Part shown: in pieces, positions 61,501-64,000 of the stretch
How positions within the stretch are numbered: the first letter of the stretch is position 1
Layout: each line of letters starts with the position of its first letter
Notes under the pieces: model-generated
What the model was told of the DNA's origin: nothing
Databases searched by the model: none
The model's input: the letters and a program-made list of their open reading frames with translations, nothing else
Assembly: GCA_965223265.1 (NCBI GenBank)
Contig: OZ244999.1
Location: 7,872,001-7,936,000 of the forward strand
Length of the DNA stretch: 64,000 nucleotides
Reading direction: 5' to 3'
Source of the DNA: Planctomycetota bacterium
GTDB lineage: Bacteria > Planctomycetota > UBA8108 > SXIK01
Program-made: the position numbers and the translations under genes

Positions 61501-62564
61501 AACACGTAGACGTGGTCGGTGACGCTGGTGGCCACCGCGGCGATGCTCTCAAAGACTTGAACCTTGAACTCAGGAGTAAATGGCGGTGACGACTCGTTGG
61601 GGTTTAGTGGGTCGCTGCCGCCGAATACCTCAGGTCCGTCGAGAACTCCGTCGCCGTCCGTGTCGTTCAGTGCCGGGTCCGTACCGACGTCGTTGACCTC
61701 GCTGGCGTCACCGAGGAGATCGTTGTCCGAGTCGTCATCGTTGGGCGCCGTGCCGAGAAGGAATTCCTCAACGTTCGTCAGCCCGTCTTCGTCGAGGTCA
61801 TCGTCGGCATCCGTTGGATCGTCGGGATCAAGTCCAAACGCCACCTCCCACGCGTCGGCGATTCCATCGCCGTCGCTGTCGAGCGCGATGTCGACGACGA
61901 CAAGAAGCTGCGCCGCCTCGCCGTCCGAGAGCACACGAATCCAGGTCGACCCGACACTCTCGGCGGTAACGAGTCCGCTCGGTGAAACGTTCGCCACACT
62001 CGAATCCATCGACTCGAAATCGACTTCCGATCCGAAGCCGAACAGAAGGACGTCGACGTCGACGCCTATTCGCGTTTCGGCAAGCACCGACACCTGCGCT
62101 GTCGCACCCGACGCGCCCAAGGTGATCGTGTTCGTCCCTTCGGGGCCCACCGCGCGCAGGTTGTAGAGCCGCCCGGCCGCCTCCAACCCCGCGGCATCCA
62201 GAGCGGCTTGGAACCCAAACTCGGCGGTGAGACGGAACGTCTCTGTCACCAGCGCCGCCGCGGGTCCAAAGACCGCTCCGACGTGATCGCGCATGTCGAA
62301 ACGGACCCTGAGCGGCACGTCAGTCGGAAGGCTGTCGAGACGATACCCGGGTCCCGAGCCAACGGCCGTGGGGTGAGATGCGGCTGCCGTGGCGTGGAGC
62401 TCGCGGCGCGGTGGACTGAGGCGGACATCGCCCGCTGCGAGCGCGTCAAACGGACTGACATCGTCCTGCGCGACGAGTGGCGTGGTCGGGGCTAGCGAGA
62501 TCATCGCGAGTGCTAGGAACATCGCCTGAGCCGTGGATACTCTCCTCGTACGTCGCATCGTCAT
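58581..62564 (-). CDS. Giant secreted surface protein: Ig-like, thrombospondin-3-like DxDxDG repeats, LVIVD propeller, Ig-like, Gly-rich domain
   Basis: Signal peptide; many DSDGDG / E...GTDP...DTDGDG repeats; LYVAAG.DGL.V..L.DP blades; GGSHGG, GGGGAGGSV, GGGGGGRV motifs. ATG overlaps the RHS stop (ATGA). Confidence 0.85.
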   Translation of the reverse strand: MTMRRTRRVSTAQAMFLALAMISLAPTTPLVAQDDVSPFDALAAGDVRLSPPRRELHATAAASHPTAVGSGPGYRLDSLPTDVPLRVRFDMRDHVGAVFGPAAALVTETFRLTAEFGFQAALDAAGLEAAGRLYNLRAVGPEGTNTITLGASGATAQVSVLAETRIGVDVDVLLFGFGSEVDFESMDSSVANVSPSGLVTAESVGSTWIRVLSDGEAAQLLVVVDIALDSDGDGIADAWEVAFGLDPDDPTDADDDLDEDGLTNVEEFLLGTAPNDDDSDNDLLGDASEVNDVGTDPALNDTDGDGVLDGPEVFGGSDPLNPNESSPPFTPEFKVQVFESIAAVATSVTDHVYVLTTTGRLRTRQIVVPLYSVPLRNDQELSGDLRSAAADGEWLYVAAGGDGLHVFSLTDPSVPQFVETRDDLATAEAVVADRGTIYLLTTTQLRVLTRGAGGGLTELDSMSVSGGTRLAVSAPLVYVTRPSANRLLVVDASTPTSIVERQQFALPVAAGPLQDVAATDEFVYVAHGSAGLFAISAADPTDLQVIDTAAPERPGDPADVVAVRGNQLAWHTPNADTLALFYRIEPDGKITPAGSVAANDGGIEQLSFSQEYVVAAESSSFSAVQVLSSGDRAGVAPQGTLELDSERSAFLPGETFALTARASDDVYLERVEFFVDAELRRGDTLPPFTFQDQVALSALPGDVLFVSAVGIDLQGNVAGVGSFALLVDADSDGDGVPDTIDDDVDGDGIDDAEELIPGADGWISDPTKTDTDMDSIDDGEEVVPGSDGFVTDPGLADSDGDGLEDAYEIVSTMTNPELYDTDEDGVDDGSEDPDGDGLTNREEAELGTDPLVPDGDGDGLSDGLELAIGYQPLRADSDGDGVADGDEDADGDGIGNGVEVRLGTSVRDADSDGDGLGDAAEIAVGTNPARFTDFSRQRLELRDTTLALEGPLHVLALSLERSHVTLSDRLCAEVGELVLEVTETLELDDASRIDVSGCGFAACGTDLEAPWCEAKASIAVALPRGVDAPGATTAAGGSHGGPGGRGDSGAPQVAVAGGASDVQRDAFTLDLDSLPFDAFDAPAFPGGGGLPSASATEAFGRRGRGGGVVRIRAGEVHLDGVIAADGDGAPWSQGGGGAGGSVVLECERLSGSGRIVARGGDVVATDAGAPGGGGGGRVLIRCAEWSQFELRRVEARGGVLLEDPARSESVGGAGTIYVVPPGTEPGILVLDQGGDTASLLATHLDVDVTTERAEMFEPGAALTASRLLVVPPALEDQGPDESMVSAQPTLPPLVFERLYLRGNVNAVSRRPVVLLDADGPEELEAAE

Positions 62565-64000
62565 GGGGCGAATCCTTGCTGTGAGTCGCGATCCCGCACC
62601 GGTTGACACGGAATCCCAGACGTCTCGGACGTTTTGCAGTTGAAGCTCGTCGAGGCGGGAGCATGCGAGCGCGGCTGAACTCCGCCTCGTGCGTTCGACG
62701 CGACGCTCGATCGTTCAGCGCTGCCGCCGAGCGGGTAGAGCTCGAAGAGTCGAGCGCGTACATCCGCGCCGGTGATTTCGCAGGGTCCCGCCGCGCCGTC
62801 GAGGCAGGCGCCAAGGATGTCATGCTTCGACACCACGTTCATCCGAAACGGTTCGAGATAATCCGCCTGCAGGCGCCTCGACACGCCACCGAGTCGACCG
62901 GCAAGACCACGAACGCGCGGTTGCAGGTAGGCGTTCAGTCCGAGTCGCGTGGGGAAGACCCCGTCGTCGGGCGTCAGGTAGCGGCCAATCTGTGGATCGA
63001 AATGGCGCGCACCGACGAGGTGCATGCCGACCTCGAAGTCGTGGTAGTGGCTGCCGAACGTGACGACGTTCTCAACGGTCGAGAAAGCCAAAGGAGATCC
63101 CACGGCGTTGCGGACCGTCGGCTTGCCATAAGCGTCATACGCGACGCTCTCGATGATCGCGGCATCGGCGCCGAGGACGGCACTGACGGAGTCGGAGCTG
63201 TCGTGAATCAAAGCCTCGGTGAACGCCGCGCCGGCCTCAGGTCTGAACACGCGGAACGCGGGGCGCCGCTCGACCTCGCCACTTCGCTTGTAGAGCTCCT
63301 CGAAGATGTACTGCCGCACACTGCCACCGCGGCGCTCTTCGATCAAATCGTCTCCGAAATGGAGGAACGCGAGCTCACCGGTGGGCTGGCGGAAATTCAC
63401 TGGAACGATGACGTTCTTGGCAGTGCGACGTCCGCGCCCACGGAAACGCGCGGCGTCGTGGCAGCCATACGCATCGTACTTGCTGCGCGCCACCGACACG
63501 CCGTCGCGCTGAACATCCAGCAGACGACCGAACGCGTCGTACACGAAGTCGACAGCGTCGGTGCCAACGAAATTCCCTGCGCCATCGTAGGTGAAGAATT
63601 CTTCTTCGTCGATGTCGATGTAGAAGTCACGGAGCTCGCTCACAGCGATGCGGACGATCGAAAAATCGACCTCCAAAAAGCGCCAATTGAAGTTCCCGTC
63701 CGTGAAGAAGACGATTTTCTCGAGCGGTGCCGCCGGAGGCGAACGAGGGTTGAAGACGTTGGGAAAAAAGCTCTTGAGGAAATACGTCGAGTCGTAGCGC
63801 CAGACGTCGCCCCTCAGCTCGGCACTGTGCAGCGGCAATTCGTACTCGCGGAAACCACTGCGATCCCGCCCGTACTCGAACGACCGAAGGAGCTCACCGC
63901 CCGCTGTCGAGTACGTGATCTCGACGAGCTCCCCGGCAGCGTCGTACCCGAACATGCGGTCGATCCCATCCCCGTCGGGCCTCACGAAGGCGACGCCGAC
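62561..64000 (-). CDS. RHS/YD-repeat protein, C-terminal part (runs off the window)
   Basis: YDAAG, YDGAGN, YDAFGR, YDAYG repeats; core GARHFDPQIGRYLTPD. Frame is open to 64000. Confidence 0.88.
   Translation of the reverse strand, partial: VGVAFVRPDGDGIDRMFGYDAAGELVEITYSTAGGELLRSFEYGRDRSGFREYELPLHSAELRGDVWRYDSTYFLKSFFPNVFNPRSPPAAPLEKIVFFTDGNFNWRFLEVDFSIVRIAVSELRDFYIDIDEEEFFTYDGAGNFVGTDAVDFVYDAFGRLLDVQRDGVSVARSKYDAYGCHDAARFRGRGRRTAKNVIVPVNFRQPTGELAFLHFGDDLIEERRGGSVRQYIFEELYKRSGEVERRPAFRVFRPEAGAAFTEALIHDSSDSVSAVLGADAAIIESVAYDAYGKPTVRNAVGSPLAFSTVENVVTFGSHYHDFEVGMHLVGARHFDPQIGRYLTPDDGVFPTRLGLNAYLQPRVRGLAGRLGGVSRRLQADYLEPFRMNVVSKHDILGACLDGAAGPCEITGADVRARLFELYPLGGSAERSSVASNARGGVQPRSHAPASTSFNCKTSETSGIPCQPVRDRDSQQGFAP

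Noticed and set aside
59760-61890. Repetitive gac/ggc DNA as a repeat array
   Set aside because: Explained by DxDxDG protein repeats.

Overview
GC-rich bacterial chromosomal segment, most likely from a Planctomycetota member. This is inferred from two DUF1549/DUF1553 planctomycete cytochrome proteins, a Tat DUF1501 protein, a DUF1080 fusion and a PA14-multiheme-propeller protein. About 38 genes can be supported. They include a three-gene signalling cluster (HK, REC-HK, REC-PQY linker-REC), an atypical NRAMP-like transporter, 5-oxoprolinase, DUF1553/DUF1501 genes, an S9 peptidase, an actinobacterial-type clpS-DUF2017 pair and a pentaheme cytochrome divergent from TlpA and NHL genes. Further along are lhgO-maltokinase-GH57, purF and a PGRP-type amidase. 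A cell-surface glycan locus follows: rmlB-[PHP-STAS]-rmlA-rmlC, divergent from a sulfatase-like/GT fusion, a sulfotransferase and a GT4, and convergent with a CapA-type phosphoesterase. The window ends with lolC/E, an archaeal-type non-discriminating AspRS, a pilin with a sigma54 promoter, and an RHS protein lacking the DPxG cleavage motif coupled to a giant Ca-repeat surface protein. Non-coding DNA holds two families of CTAG-flanked MITE-like elements, two sigma54-type promoters and a small tRNA-elbow-like three-way junction. No tRNA, rRNA, CRISPR array or transposase was seen. All calls come from motif reading by eye; no searches were run.
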